Notes: generated from the letters alone by a model not told the origin. A stretch of DNA of 64,000 nucleotides from Amphiscolops sp. MND2022 (GCA_964187785.1 OZ076409.1:88724001-88788000), one strand, 5' to 3'; positions 49,848 to 63,747 are shown, counted from the first letter of the stretch. Made by a program: numbers and translations.

Positions 49848-52228
49848 CACTTGTCAAGAAAATAATTAATATGGGTGAAAGGTGAAAGTGCGTTGTGACA
49901 AGTTTATAAGATATTTTTTGTCCCTCTATGCGCCCAATAAACTTTCGACCTCACTTTTAGCAAAAAAACGTACAATACAGAATACTCGGACACTTTACCA
50001 ACCATTGACTCCATTTTTGGTTTCGGTCCTGAGATATAGGAGCTCAAGTTTAAAGAACTTAGTATATATTTTTGAAAATAGAATCAAGTAGTTTTAGCAG
50101 AAAAACGAAGAAAAAATCAAGAAGAAATAAAACTTAATGACGGAAACTTTATTGGTGTAAAATCTGGCCTATGTCCATGCTGTACTTTTTGAAGGAGAAT
50201 TTTTTGTATCTTTTATCAGTTTTGAGAAATTTGTGCTACAAAAATGCCCTTTTCGCCCAAAAAACAAGGTATATGAAAGTTTTGACGTCAAATTTAGGCT
50301 AAAATGTAGCCTATGAATGCTTGTACTTTTTACGAATCCATGGATTTTGTAATTGGTCTCAGTACTTATAAAAAAGAGGATCAAAGATGAAAAACACTCG
50401 AAAATTGCAGGTTTTTTCAAAACGCCTTCGCAAAAAACCATGACGTCGGATTTTTTGAATTTTTGCCTTGGTATTGTAGCCTAGGATCTTGCACAAGTTG
50501 ATATGAAAACATGGTATCCATATCAGTTCTCGGTTTTGAGAAATTGGCCTCGCAAAATTAAAACTTAGGCACATGTTAGGAAATTTGCGAAAAAATAATT
50601 CGAACATATTGGCATCGCGCAAAGCTCGGAGCCCCCAAATTATTTCAGTTCAGTTGATCGTTGATCTACTGGGTTTGTTTTGGGCATGGGTAGTAAGTCT
50701 CTTGTGTGAATTTTCAGTGGACGCTTGTTCATTTTGACATAACCCTGACATGACTGAAATGGCAGCAGATTGATGACGATGATTTATCTCATCTGAGACA
50801 GTTGAAAAAAAGACACAGAGAAAGAAAGAGACGAATGAACCAAAGATACGATTAAACAAACTCGAAACCGAGCAGAGTATATGCTTAACGGCGGCGTCGG
50901 TAATGTCGAGACATCTAGAGGGTCGTTTCCAAACAATCTAAAGATATTCGATAAGAGCACTATATTGAGATGCCATATGAGCTCTATGTTTTTGTACGGA
51001 AAAAGACATCCAAATGACTTGCCCATCAGCAAGTAGTGGGCACGGTTGTTTTTGTCAGAGGCTTCTATCGTGTATACTTTGAAACAAAAAAATCAAAGTA
51101 GAAACGTAACAACGTTAGCAAAAAATACGTCGGAAAAGATTGAGAATGAATGATTTTTCACCTGAATGTGAGATCAATTGGCATTTGGTTCGAGGAAGTG
51201 GAATTTCTTTTCGTTTGGAGCCAAGAACCATCCTTGGTCCGCTGTTCTGAAACATGGATGAATAAGTCATATGCTGCACAAATGTACACTTTCGAAAACT
51301 TTGCCTCGACAGAATTCTAAACAGGAAATGTAAGTAGAAAAGTAGAAAAGAAGAAATATGTGCTTTCGTTTGAAAATAGTCAAATTGATAGTCAATCTGA
51401 ATTACATCTTAATGACGTTGTAAATAATTGTACCCATCACAACAAAAAGAAAATGAACGTAGTCTGCCTTCTTAACCCTTCTTGGTTCAACAAACTCTCC
51501 TCCCTCGAACAGTTTAAACTTTTTCTGTAAAATTTTGTCAGTTGCCGCCACTGATGCAGAATCACAGAAGGTTGGAAAGTATCAATAGTCGAATGACACC
51601 GGATACATTTTTCAGACGGTGCATCTAGGAATGGAGGGTTAGCCTGAATAAACCTTCTTCGGTCAATGATTTTAATTTGCACGAATGGTTTGAAGCTCTT
51701 TTTGAGCCTTGCTGTGAGTTAAAGAAGTGTTTTCTAACTAGTGAAGTGAAATTTGACTTACTTGAAAGAACAGTATATAATTATCAAGGAATAAAAAAAC
51801 CCACACGTGTTACGCCTACGTGAAAATCACTTCTTGATAGCAGTATACAAAATGATTGTCTGAGAAGTTTGGAATTTGATGTCACGAAGGCCAATATTAC
51901 AGGTCTTTATGCAACCTATGTTCAATTAGATCTTGATAAATCTTAATGAGTTAACACTTCATCGTTTTTAACACTTCATCGTAAAGATGCCGTTTTTTCC
52001 AATGGGAAACAAACAAGGGTAATATTTAAACTACGTGCGGCAATGACTAGAACATTCCAATTGAGAACAGGACGTCAATGGAACGACCGAAAGCCTAGCT
52101 GATGCACTCACCACAGCATTCACCCTGTTCTCTGTCAAAAACAAATTGAATCCTTTGTTGGACAAAATTGTCAGAAAGCGCATCATTCGACGAAACTTGG
52201 CGTTTAACTTTTTCTAGAACACGTAGAT

Positions 52229-55200
52229 GAAAAAGTAAAACACGTAGATGAAGATTGCTTTATATCACCGGTGGTAACAACGGTCAAAAACGACAAATCG
52301 GTAAAAATAGCATTAAACTCCCGGAAATTAAATGACAGCTGTATTAAGGTCCGACCACACATGCCGAACATGGAAGAACTGTTGAACCAGATTTCGGTAG
52401 AGATAACTAAAGACCGAACGAAAGAACTGAGAATGTCAAAGATAGACCTGGCCTATGCCTACGGTCAAATGATGTTATCCGAAGAAACGAGTTGACAATG
52501 TGTCTTCGCAATTACCGGAGGAAATTTTAGCGGATATTACCGATTCAAAAAGGGATTTTACGGTTTAGCCGATATACCCACAATCTTCCAAGAAAAAATC
52601 GACAGAACATTAGAATATTGTACACCTGCGTGGTTAGACGATATATTAGTGGTCACACGAGGAGACCGAGAAGACCACGAAAAGAAACTATTCGATGTAC
52701 TGAAAAAACTGGAAGACGCCGGATACAGAGCAACAGAAAGAAAATCTGAATTCTTCAAAAATGAAATGAAATGGCTCGGACACGAAATTGACGAAAACGG
52801 AATAAGACCGAACAAAGAAAACGTCAAAGCCATATTGGAATTGAAACACCCGGAAAATCCGAAACAATTAAAATCTTTTCTCGGGGCAATACAATATTTG
52901 GCAAAATTCTTACCAAAATTGTCAGAAAGAACCGACAGATTACGAAAACTACTGAAGAAAAACACAGAATGGAGATGGGAAACGGAACAACAAAACGATT
53001 TTGAAACAATAAAGAAAATGATAGCCGAAGAACCGGATTTAGCACACTACGCAAAAGATAGAGACAAAATCGTTACAACGGATGCAAGCAAAACCGGTCT
53101 CGGAATAATCTTATGGCAAAGACAAGCCGACGGGGAATTAAAACCGATAGCATTCGGTAGCAGATTTCTTAATGATAGCGAAAAGAACTACTCAATCGGA
53201 GAATTAGAATTGCTAGAGGTTGTTTGGGATTAGAAAAATTCCGTTTCTATTTATACGGAAAAAAAGTGTTGCTATACACCGACCATCAAGCATTAGAACC
53301 GCTGATCAAACGGAACAGATGTAACAAACAATACAGCGCTAGACTTACCAGATGGTTAGACCGGTTAGCGCACTTCGACATCTCGATACAACATATAGCC
53401 GGAATCAACTTGAAATTTACTGATTTCCTCAGCCGAAATCCGGTAGAGGGCGCCGCGACCGAAAACGTATATGATGAACAATACGTAATAAACATCCTAA
53501 CCGAACAAGCCGAACTGAATTTGAAATACGGCAGAATGTTCACGAACCAAACACAACGAACGCCAAACAACAAAATTACGCGAACAAATCGAACAACCAA
53601 TCAGAAACGAATAGAACATTCGAGACGAAACGACACGTGAACAAAACAAACGAACAAGCGGAAATCAGTCCAAACAAAACTGCGATAAAATTCAAACATC
53701 ACGCAAAGTTACCGGTATTAAATTGCAAAGAGTTACCATAATCGACATCTGAAGAAATGGACCGAGAATACTTCCACTGGGGAGCAACAACAGAAATAAT
53801 GGAAATTACTCAAAGAAGAGAGAAAAGCCCGGAAACACGGCGATTGGTGGACAGACGGCTAGAAATAGCCAGACCGGGAATGATGAGAAGGCGTTATGAC
53901 CAAAACGCACAAAGAACGATTTGGGTCACGAAACGACCTAATGAAAGAAGCCGAGAAGAGATAGCCGAATGAGACGGAGCGCTCATACAACGCGCAAACA
54001 GACTGGGGGGAGGCTATCGGCCAATCCAAGAAGAAGAAAATGAACCGGAACAATTCGAAATGAAAGAGCAACCGGCGGAAGAATGAATGAACGACTCGGA
54101 GAGCGAAGGAGGAAGCCAAATTATCCGCGGAGATAATTTACCGATCGTCGACCTAAAAAATTACAACACCGAAGGAAAAGAAGCGCACTACAAGCAAATC
54201 AATCAAATAATCGGAGTAGTCACCGAAGGAAAAAAAGCAACGGAAGAAACCATTAAGAAAGCGGAAATGGATTTCATGCTGGATTTAAAGAATCTGATTG
54301 CAAAATCAACAACAGACGCGGAGTTAAATCGAGTTAAACTGGCACTAATTAGAGAAGACCGCAACATGGCGCCAGAACACTACCGACCACACTTCGAGAA
54401 CATCTCACCAAAATGGGGGCTAACGTTCCTAAACGACAAAATAGTGGTACCGACCGAATTCCGGAAGAAGTTACTGGATACACTACATTTTGGACATGCG
54501 GGAACCAAAAAATGTTAGCCGAAGCGAAAATCTTCTGGTGGCCAAACATCAACAAGGACATTGAGGAAAAAGTCGAAAATTGTATAGCCTGCCTATCATC
54601 CGGTAAGAATTTAAAATATCAAATACCGAAAAATGAAAACGGAAAACTAAAAATATTAACCGAACCGGGCCAAGAAATCCAAATTAATTTTACCCGAAAA
54701 CTACCCAACAAAAAATTAAACGGAGAAAGCCAATTACTAATTGCGATAGATAGATTTAGTAAATAGCCGACTGTAAAAATATGCAAAACTACCTGAACAA
54801 AAGAAGTAATAAACTTCTTAACGCAAAATTTTAATTTGTACGGAATACCGGAGAAAGTCAAATCGGATAAAGGCGGAGCATTTATCTCAAAAGAGTACAT
54901 CGAATTCTGCAAGTCGAAAAACATTGAGATAGACTATTGCACACCGAGGCTACATACAGGTACGGGAGCAGTAGAACGCGCAATACAAACAATAAAGAAC
55001 TTAATACTGGCCAATTTAGACGATAATTTATGCTTGACCGAATGCGTAAATAGAGCGTTAAAAGTAATGCGATTTACAATACACACCGGATTAAAATTAA
55101 CACCATTTGAATTACACCACGGTAGAAAACCGCGAACCGAATTACCCAATCTGGTTAAAGACGGAAAGTCATTCCTATCTGATTGGACCGAACTATCAGT

Positions 55201-55940
55201 TTCAGCTGCGAAAAAACCAAAGATACCAATCTACGTATCAAGGAATGTGGAGGGAGATGTTACCAACTATTTGGTCATGGCAAAAACCGAAACCGAAGAA
55301 AAAGCGGTGGACAAACCGAAAAAAAATCGGTTAGTGAGTACCCTTTCAATTTCGTAGAAAAAAATCATAATAGAAAATCACTAGAAGGGAGATTCCAGAA
55401 GAAAATACAAACCGCGGAAAGCGGAACCGAACATACCGTAACCACCGAGAGTGGGAAGTTAATACACCGAAAACAGATTTCGGGACCAATTGTATTTCAG
55501 ACCGAAAAGAAGAAAGAACGGGCACCCCAAATCGGAGACAAGATCACACCGAAAAATCGACACTGTCTCCGGGGCGTTGACGGGAAATACATTCAGTGGA
55601 ATGAAATACTACGGGACATACTGAATGGCAAACTGAAGATAATTCAGAACCGGAAACACAAATCCGAATCGGAGTCAGCAAGTGAAGAAGGAGAGATTGA
55701 TGCAGAAAGTGACTTCGAGATGGAAAATCCGGACACATCCGAAAGAAACGGGTACAAACCCATTTGCACGAACCCCGACGACGAACTAAAACTTCACACC
55801 GACGGTGAGATGCCTACCGGTGGGAAAAAAATTAAAAAAATTAAGAAACCGAAATTGTAGCCGTTAGAAGATCTAACCGAAAATATATGCAACCGAATAG
55901 ATACGGGGGAGTGCAATACACAAAAAACTTTTGGGTGTAA
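52229..55940 (+). pseudogene. Gypsy pol, upstream copy (starts within RT)
   Basis: SPVV..KNDKSVK, WLDD, TTDAS, ELELL, integrase core; multiple disruptions. Confidence 0.9.
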
Positions 55941-56084
55941 AAACCGAAAATAAATATTCTGTTTCAGGATCTAACCGAAATAACACAACATTAGAGTTAC
56001 CGAAACCAGCCGACTTCGCACGAGAGATGAGCCCGATGCCCGGAACCTCCAAAGAGTAAACAGGAGAAATCCAGAAGGGGGGAA

Positions 56085-56335
56085 TGTTATACGGTGTAAT
56101 ACCGCGTCCGATTTTATTCGGTTCATCATGTGCCAATCAAACCAAGAGACAATCTGTTGACCAATAAACTCAAGTTCGATATTTATGTTGGTACATATTT
56201 ATATACATATATGTATAATTAGATTAGTGCTGATCGGAACCATTGTTGGATAGAAATTACAAAGAATAAAGTTTGGCAAAAAAGATTCATTAGATTTGGA
56301 ATTCGTTTTTGTTATACCAAGTTGGAAATAGAACA
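56085..56335 (+). repeat. LTR (251 bp), central and shared
   Basis: TGTT...AACA; PPT agaaggggggaa upstream and PBS tggcgcagtcagca downstream; AATAAA inside. Confidence 0.95.
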
Positions 56336-56349
56336 TGGCGCAGTCAGCA
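56336..56349 (+). promoter_or_regulatory. Primer binding site, tRNA-Ser type
   Basis: Identical to the PBS at 6858. Confidence 0.8.
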
Positions 56350-56387
56350 ATCTAATTTATCCAAAATTTTACCGAAACAAAGAAACA

Positions 56388-59300
56388 ATGACACAAGAAG
56401 CAACACAAATTGAAGTGCCGAACTTTGAAGCAACAACAGACGGGAAGAAAATCTTTACACCGAAACAATGGCTGGAAAGATTCCGGCAATATACGAAAAG
56501 AAAATACAAAATGGACATTGCGGAAATAATCCGGGGAAAAGAAATGACGCAAAACCAATGGGCCACAAAAAAAACCAAATACAAGATGACTTTATATGGG
56601 GTATCGGCCCGGAAGCCTTATACCAAATGACAAGAGCAGAATACAAGACCGACCCGGACAAAATCGCGAATAAAGACTTAATTCGGTTATTCAATGAATA
56701 TTTTTTACTGAAAAGAAACACATACCATATCCGCGGAGAATTCTTCTGGACCAAACAGACCGAAGCCGAGACACCAGAAGATTTTTGGCGGAGACTGATA
56801 GAAATCGAAAAAGAATGCAATTTCGAGAGCATAACAGCCGAAGAGTTACTCATATCAAAACTCATGACCGCAATTACGGACAAGAATCTTCGGGACAAAC
56901 TAATGAAAGAAAAGAAACCCTAGATGAAGAAAACGATAGAGATGATCAAGCAAAAAACATATGAGAAGAAAACAAAAACACAATACCGAAAGCATTAATA
57001 TCAAACCGAGAGAAAGAAATCAAAGAAGAACCAATACAAAGAATGGACAAATTCAATTCCCGACCGAGAAAGACATTCAACAATAACAGACCTTGTAAAT
57101 TCTGCAATGCACCGAACTGGAATACAACGCACAAATGCCCAGCACTCGACCAGACATGTAATAATTGCGGAAAGAAGGACCATTTTGCACGGTCATGCAG
57201 ACAAAGAGAAAACTACAAAAACAAATTACGGAATGTAACCGAAACCTAAAATTCAATTGGCGAAGAAAGCGACGAATCAGAAGTGAGCATACACAGAATC
57301 GAAAATGTAAACAGAATTATTGACAGAAACAAATACTTGGCGACAATAGTGAAAATCAACGGAACGGAAAAGGAATTTGTCATAGACACCGGCTCACCAA
57401 TATCAATAATGCCGGCGGACAATACAATAATGAAAGAATCTGAAATCCAAAAAGTGAGACACCGGTACCAAGATGTAAACAAGAACGAAGTGAAATTCCG
57501 GGGGAAAATACCGGTAGATATTGAATACGAAAACAACAAACAGAAAATGCAATTATTGATTACCCAACGAAATGACATAACACCACTACTCGGAATGGAC
57601 TGGTTAAAGAAATTCAAACTAACAATCGGAAACATCCAATTGGACGAGAAGGACCAATCGGAAAAGAGAAGAATAATAGAGAAAATTCTGGACCTATTCC
57701 GAAACAACACGACCATAAAAGATACCGAAATAAATTTTCAACTGAAACCGGGACATTACCCCGGTAAAACAAAAAGCAAGACAAATCCTTTTACTCTTAC
57801 AAGAAGCAGTCGGAAAAGAACTTGAAAAACTAACGAAATCCAGACATCAAGAAAAAGTAAAACACGTAGATGATGATTGCTTTATATCACCGGTGGTAAT
57901 AACGGTCAAAAACGACAAATCGGTAAAAAAAGCATTAGACTCCCGGAAATTAAATGACAGCTGTATTAAAGTCCGACCGCACATGCCGCACATGGAAGAA
58001 CTGTTGAACCAGATTTCGGTAGAGATAAATAAAGACCGAACGAAAGAATTGAGAATGTCAAAGATAGACCTGGAGTATGCCTACGGTCAAATGATGTTAT
58101 CCGAAGGAACGAGTAGACAATGTGTCTTGGCAATTACCAGAGGAAATTTTAGCGGATATTACCGATTCAAAAAGGGATTTTACGGTTTAGCCGATAAACC
58201 CACAATCTTCCAAGATAAATCGACAGAATATTAGAATATTGTACACCTGCGTGATTAGACGATATAATAATGGTCACACGAGGAGACCGAGAAGACCACG
58301 AAAAGAAACTATTCTATGTACTGAAAAAACTGGAAGACGCCGGATACAGAGCAAGAGAAAAAAATCTGAATTCTTCAAAAATAAAATGAAAAGGCTCGGA
58401 CACGAAATTGACGAAACCGGAATAAAACCGAACAAAGAAAATGTCAAAGCCATATTGGAATTGAAACACCCGGAAAATCCGAAACAATTAAAATCTTTTC
58501 TAGGGGCAAAACAATATTTGGCAAAATTCTTACCGAAATTGTCAGAAAGAACCGACAGATTACGAAAACTGCTGAAGAAGAACACAGAATGGAGATGGAA
58601 AACGGAACAACAAAATGATTTTGAAACAATAAAAAAAATGTTAACCGAAGAACCGGCTTTAGCACACTACGCAAAAGATAGAGACAATATCGCCACAACG
58701 GATGCAAACAAAACCGGTCTCGGAATACCCTTATGGCTAAGACAAGCTGACGGGGAATTCAAACCGATAGAATTCGGTAGCAGATTTCTTAATGTTAGTG
58801 AAAAGAACTACTCATTCGGAGAATTAGAATTGCCAGCAGTTGTTTGGAGATTAGAAAAATTCCGTTTCTATTTATACGGAAAAAGGTGTTTCTATACACC
58901 GCCCATCAAGCATTAGAACCGCTGATCAAACGGAACAGATGTAACAAACAATACAGCGCTAGACTTACCAGATGGTTAGACCGGTTAGCGCACTTTGACA
59001 TCTCAATACAACATATAGCCGGAAGCAATTCGAAATTTACTGATTTCCTCACCGAAATGCGGTAGAGGGCGCCGCGACCGGAAACGTATATGATGAACAA
59101 TACGTAATAAACATCCTAACTGAACAAGCCGAAATGAATTTGAAATACGGCAGAATAATCACGAACCAATCACAACGAACGCCGAACAACAAAACTACGC
59201 GCGAGCGCAAGTCGAACAACCAATCAGAAACGAATAGAACATTCGAGAAGAAACGACACGTGAACAAAACAAACGAACAAGCGGAAACCAGCCCAAACAA

Positions 59301-62300
59301 AACTGCGATAAAATTCAAACGTCACGCAAAGTTACCGGTACTAAATTGCAAAGAGTTACCATTATCGACATCTGAAGAAATGGACCGAGAATACTTCCAC
59401 TGGGGAGCAACAGTAAGATAATGGAAATTATTCAAAGAGAGAAAAGCCCGGAAACACGGAGATTGGTGGACAGACGGCTAGAAATAGCCAGACCGGGAAT
59501 GATGAGAAGGCGTTATGACCAAAACGCACAAAGAACGATTTGGGTCCCGTCACGACCTACATTACAGTGCACAGGCAAGCTATTTTGTTGCTTTTCGTGG
59601 AATCCGGGACACGAAAACTGAGAAAAGTCGTGGAATCCAGGACAAAATTTCTCTTTGATGTTAAGCATGTCTTGGATTCCACGACAGTGCTTGTCCTGGA
59701 TTCCACGCCAATACTGCTGCTATAATGACACTTTTGCCGCTGCTCTCTGATTGGTCCGCTGATTTTGAGTAATCATTTTCGGAAAGGTAAAAAAAATTAT
59801 TTCAATTCTATATCAATGGAACTTGTTTTGATTGACACGAAAAATCCAAAAAGTACGAATAGAGATACTCATGACTGGTGCCAAAATTGAAGCATGTCAT
59901 TAAAAAATGGCAGATTGTTATGATCTGGCAGTTTGTTCAGAACTGGTACTAAACTTCGAAAAATACGAATATTTTGTGTGATATTGATGTGTTTGTCTGA
60001 ATCATTTTGAATTAATATACGAAAAGTAGTGCATAATATTATGTTTGTTCAGTCTTCCACTTGAATTTAATTCAAGAAGAGATGCCGCGTATCGCGTCAA
60101 GCATAAAGTCGTGGAATCCAGGAAATTTATGACTTCTGCAATCTGATTGGTTCGTTTTGCAAAACTTGCGTTTCTGTGGAATCCGGGACACCGCTGCATG
60201 CCGACAGTGCGTACAGCTAAGCATTTGTTACTGGAATCCACGACGAAATCCGTGGAATCCTGGACTTATGACGTAATTTGCCAATTTTGCACGGTTAAAG
60301 GTATGGTCGTGGAATCCGAGATATTGAAAGCACAAAGTTGCGCTTTGAGCAAATAAGGTTTGCCTGTGCACTCTAATGTAATAAAAGAAGTCGAGAAGAG
60401 ATAGCCGAAATAGACGGAACGCTCATACAACGCGCAAACAGACTGGGGGGAGGCTATCGACCAATCCAAGAAGAAGAAAATGAATCGGAACAATTCGAAA
60501 TAGAAGAACAACCGGCGGAAGAACGAATGAACGCCTCGGAGAGCGAATGAGAAAACCAAATTATCCGCGGAGATAATTTACCAATCGTCGACCTGAAAAG
60601 TTACAACACCGAAGGAGAAGAAGCGCGCTACGTCCAAATCAATCAAATAATCGGAGTAGTCGCCGAAGCAAAGAAAGCAACGGAAGAAACCATTAAGAAA
60701 ATGGAAATGGATTTGATGCTGGATTTAAAGAATCTGATTGCAAAATCAACAACAGACGCGGAGTTAAATCGAGTTAAACTGGCACTAAATAGAGAAGACC
60801 GCAACATGGCGCCAGAACACTACCGACCACACTTCGAGAACATCTCGTCAAAGTGGGGGCTAACGTTCCTAAACGACAAAATAGTGGTACCGACCGAGCT
60901 TCGGAAGAAGTTACTGGACACACTACATTTTGGAAATGCGGAAACCACCAAAATGATAGCCGAAGCGAAAATTTTCTGGTGGTCAAACATCAACAAGGAC
61001 ATTGAAGAAAAAGTCAAAAATTGTATAGCCTGCCTATCATCCGGTAAAAATTTAAAATATCAAATACCGAAAAATGAAAACGGAAAACTAAAAATATTAG
61101 CCGAACTGGGCCAAGAAGTCCAAATTGATTTTACCGGAAAATTAAACAACAAAAAATTGAACGAAGAAAGCCAATTGCTAATTGCGATAGATAGATTTAG
61201 TAAATGGCCGACCGTAAAAATATGCAAAACTACCGAAACAAAAGAAGTAATAAACTTCTTAACGCAAAATTTTAATTTGTACGGAATACCGGAGAAAATC
61301 AGTTTTTCTAACTGCTACGGCGGAGCATTTATATCAAAAGAGTACATCGAATTCTGCAAGTCGAAAAACATTGAGATTGAATATTGCACACCGAGACTAC
61401 ATACCGGTACGGGAGCAGTAGAACGCGCAATACAAACAATAAAGAACTTAATACTGGCCAATTTAGAAGATAATTTATGCTTGACCGAATGCGTAAATAG
61501 AGCGTTAAAAGTAATACGATTTACAATACACACCGGATTAAAACTAACACCATTTGAATTACACCACGGTAGAAAACCGCGAACCGAATTAACCAATCTG
61601 GTTAAAGACGGAAAGTCATTCCTATCTGATTAGAACGAACTATCTGTTTCAGCTGTGAAAAAACCAAAGATACCAATCTACGTTTCAATGAACGAGGAGG
61701 GAGATGTTACCAACTATTTGGTCATGTCGAAAACCAAAACCGAAGAAAAAGCGGTGCACAAACCGAAAAAAAATTCGGTTAGTGAGGACCCTTTTAATTT
61801 CGTAGAAAAGAATCATAATAGAAAATCACTAGAAGGGAGATTCCAGAAGAAAATAAAAACCGCGGTAAGCGGAACCGAACACACCGTAACCACCGAGAGT
61901 GGGAAGTTAATACACCGAAAACATATTTCGGGACCAATTGTATTTCAGACCGAGAAGAAGAAAGAACGGGCACCTCAAATCGGAGACAAGATCACATCGA
62001 AAAATCGACACTGTCTCCGCGGCGTTGACGGGAAATACATTCAGTGGAATGAAATACTACGGGACATACTGAATGGCAAACTGAAGATAATTCAGAACCA
62101 GAAACACAAATCCGAATCGGAGTCAGAAAGTGAAGAAGGAGATATTGATGAAGAAAGTGACTTCGAGATAGAAAATTTGGACACATCCGAAAGAAACGGG
62201 TACAAACCCATTTGCACGAACCCCGACGACGAACTAAAACTTCACACCGACGGTGAGATGCCTACCGGTGAGAAAGAAAATAAATATTTAGAAACCGAAA

Positions 62301-62386
62301 ATATATCCGTTAGAAGATCTAACCGAAAATGTATGCAACCGAATAGATACGGGGGAGTGCAATACACAAAAAACTTTTGGGTGTAA
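56388..62386 (+). pseudogene. Gypsy gag-pol, downstream copy (disrupted, interrupted by a MITE)
   Basis: Gag, CNNCGKKDHFARSC, IDTGS, RT, RH, IN, terminal RRSNR..PNRYG. Confidence 0.92.
59560..60378. mobile_element. Non-autonomous TIR element with TA TSD (CACTA/EnSpm-like or Tc1-like)
   Basis: TIR catta(c/g)agtgcacaggcaa; the empty site cgaccTAatgaaag is visible in the upstream Gypsy copy near 53935; GTGGAATCC subterminal motifs in both orientations. Confidence 0.88.
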
Positions 62387-62530
62387 AAATCGAAAATAAA
62401 CATTCTGTTTCAGGATCTAACCGAAATAACTCAACATTAGAGTTACCGAAACCAGCCGACTTCACAAGAGAGATGAGCCCAATGCCCGGAACCTCCAAAG
62501 AGTAAAAAGGAGAAATCCAGAAGGGGGGAA

Positions 62531-62781
62531 TGTTATCCGGTGTAATACCGCGTCCAAATTTATTCGGTTCATCATGTGCCAATCAAACTGAGAGACAATC
62601 TGTTGACCAACAAACTCAAGTTCCATATTTATGTTGTTACATATTTATATACATATATGTATAATTAGATTAGTGCTGATCGGAACCATTGTTGGATAGA
62701 AATTACAAAGAATAAAGTTTGGCAAAAGAAATTCATTAGATTTGCAATTCGTTTTTATTATACCAAGTTGGAAATAGAACA
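62531..62781 (+). repeat. 3' LTR (251 bp)
   Basis: Follows PPT aaggggggaa; about 12 substitutions versus 56085-56335 by eye. Confidence 0.95.
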
Positions 62782-63520
62782 ACGCCAAGTTAACGAACCT
62801 TTTTCTAGAACAAATGGCACATCGCCTAATGTTGCTAAATTCTCAAAATTACGCAACTGAGTTTGTGAACTCTTCCGATCGAGAAAACGAGAGTACTTCG
62901 GTAATTTCGTCGGAACGCTTTTTCCATGTGTTCATCGCTGTCATCGCTTGCTTACTGGGAAACGCTCTATGGCGTGTTTCCTAAGATGTGGTGGCTTCTA
63001 TAGGAACCATATAATACCATGTAACTCTCGTGATCATCTTTCAATGATGGTTCCATATTTCATGTTCTTCGAATCAGAAGCATCATGTTTCATTCACAAA
63101 AGGTTCAAATTTAGGATGTATTTGCTTCTGTGTTTCAACTTTGAGACTACCCGTGAGCTTCTGATATGATTTGTTTCAATTTGATGAAGTTTAGTAATTG
63201 GTTTCACAATTGCTCCTCTTTATGACTTTCTACTCTTGAAAAAAAAACGAAGCAGAATTTGAAATTAAATCATATTATCATAATTTGTAGATTATAACTT
63301 CAATATCAAACTTCGGTACTATTTTTTAAAAACTTTATATAAACTTGATGAAGGTGTTCAGGTTGTACAAACAGAATTGTAATTATATATGACCAATAAA
63401 TACAATTTCGCTATGACAATGGCCTTTATCATTATCATTATTATAAATAATAATAATAATAATTGCAACCTATAATAATCACAATGGATAATAAATGGAT
63501 GACTAGATTCAAATTCGCAA

Positions 63521-63747
63521 TCAGTCGATTTTGATTTTGTTGATGACCCCGGTCACCCACTGAACTATGGAGGGCATTCGGTCTTGGCCAACTACATAGA
63601 CCTCTTCGGACACCTGGTCTTGAGGGGCACTCTCTAGCTTGCGGTGGAAGGTGTAGGTGCGGGGACACAAGTTTGTGATGAGGGAGAAAGCAAACACTCG
63701 GATGCCCAGGTAGTTTGCCATCTGCACTTCCGGAATTGTACTCATAC
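63521..63747 (-). CDS. PNP: Purine nucleoside phosphorylase, last coding exon (gene continues beyond the window)
   Basis: tgtttccag acceptor, phase 1 G/GT ATG; GMSTIPEVQMANYLGIRVFAFSLITN...EEV matches trimeric PNP GMSTVPEV....CGLRVFGFSLITN...HEEV; stop at 63521-63523. Confidence 0.88.

Larger units (their letters stand above)
52222..62781 (+). mobile_element. Tandem Ty3/Gypsy family 2: 5'-truncated copy, shared LTR, full internal copy, LTR
   Basis: RT-RH-IN (about 52229-55940), PPT, LTR 56085-56335, PBS, gag-pol 56388-62386, PPT, LTR 62531-62781; both copies carry stops and frameshifts. Confidence 0.95.

Noticed and set aside
49860..50640. Possible additional DNA-transposon remnant
   Set aside because: Composition is MITE-like but no TIR pair or TSD could be identified.
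51437..51700. Possible exon or pseudogene fragment on the minus strand
   Set aside because: No recognisable domain in a single frame and no supportable neighbouring exons.
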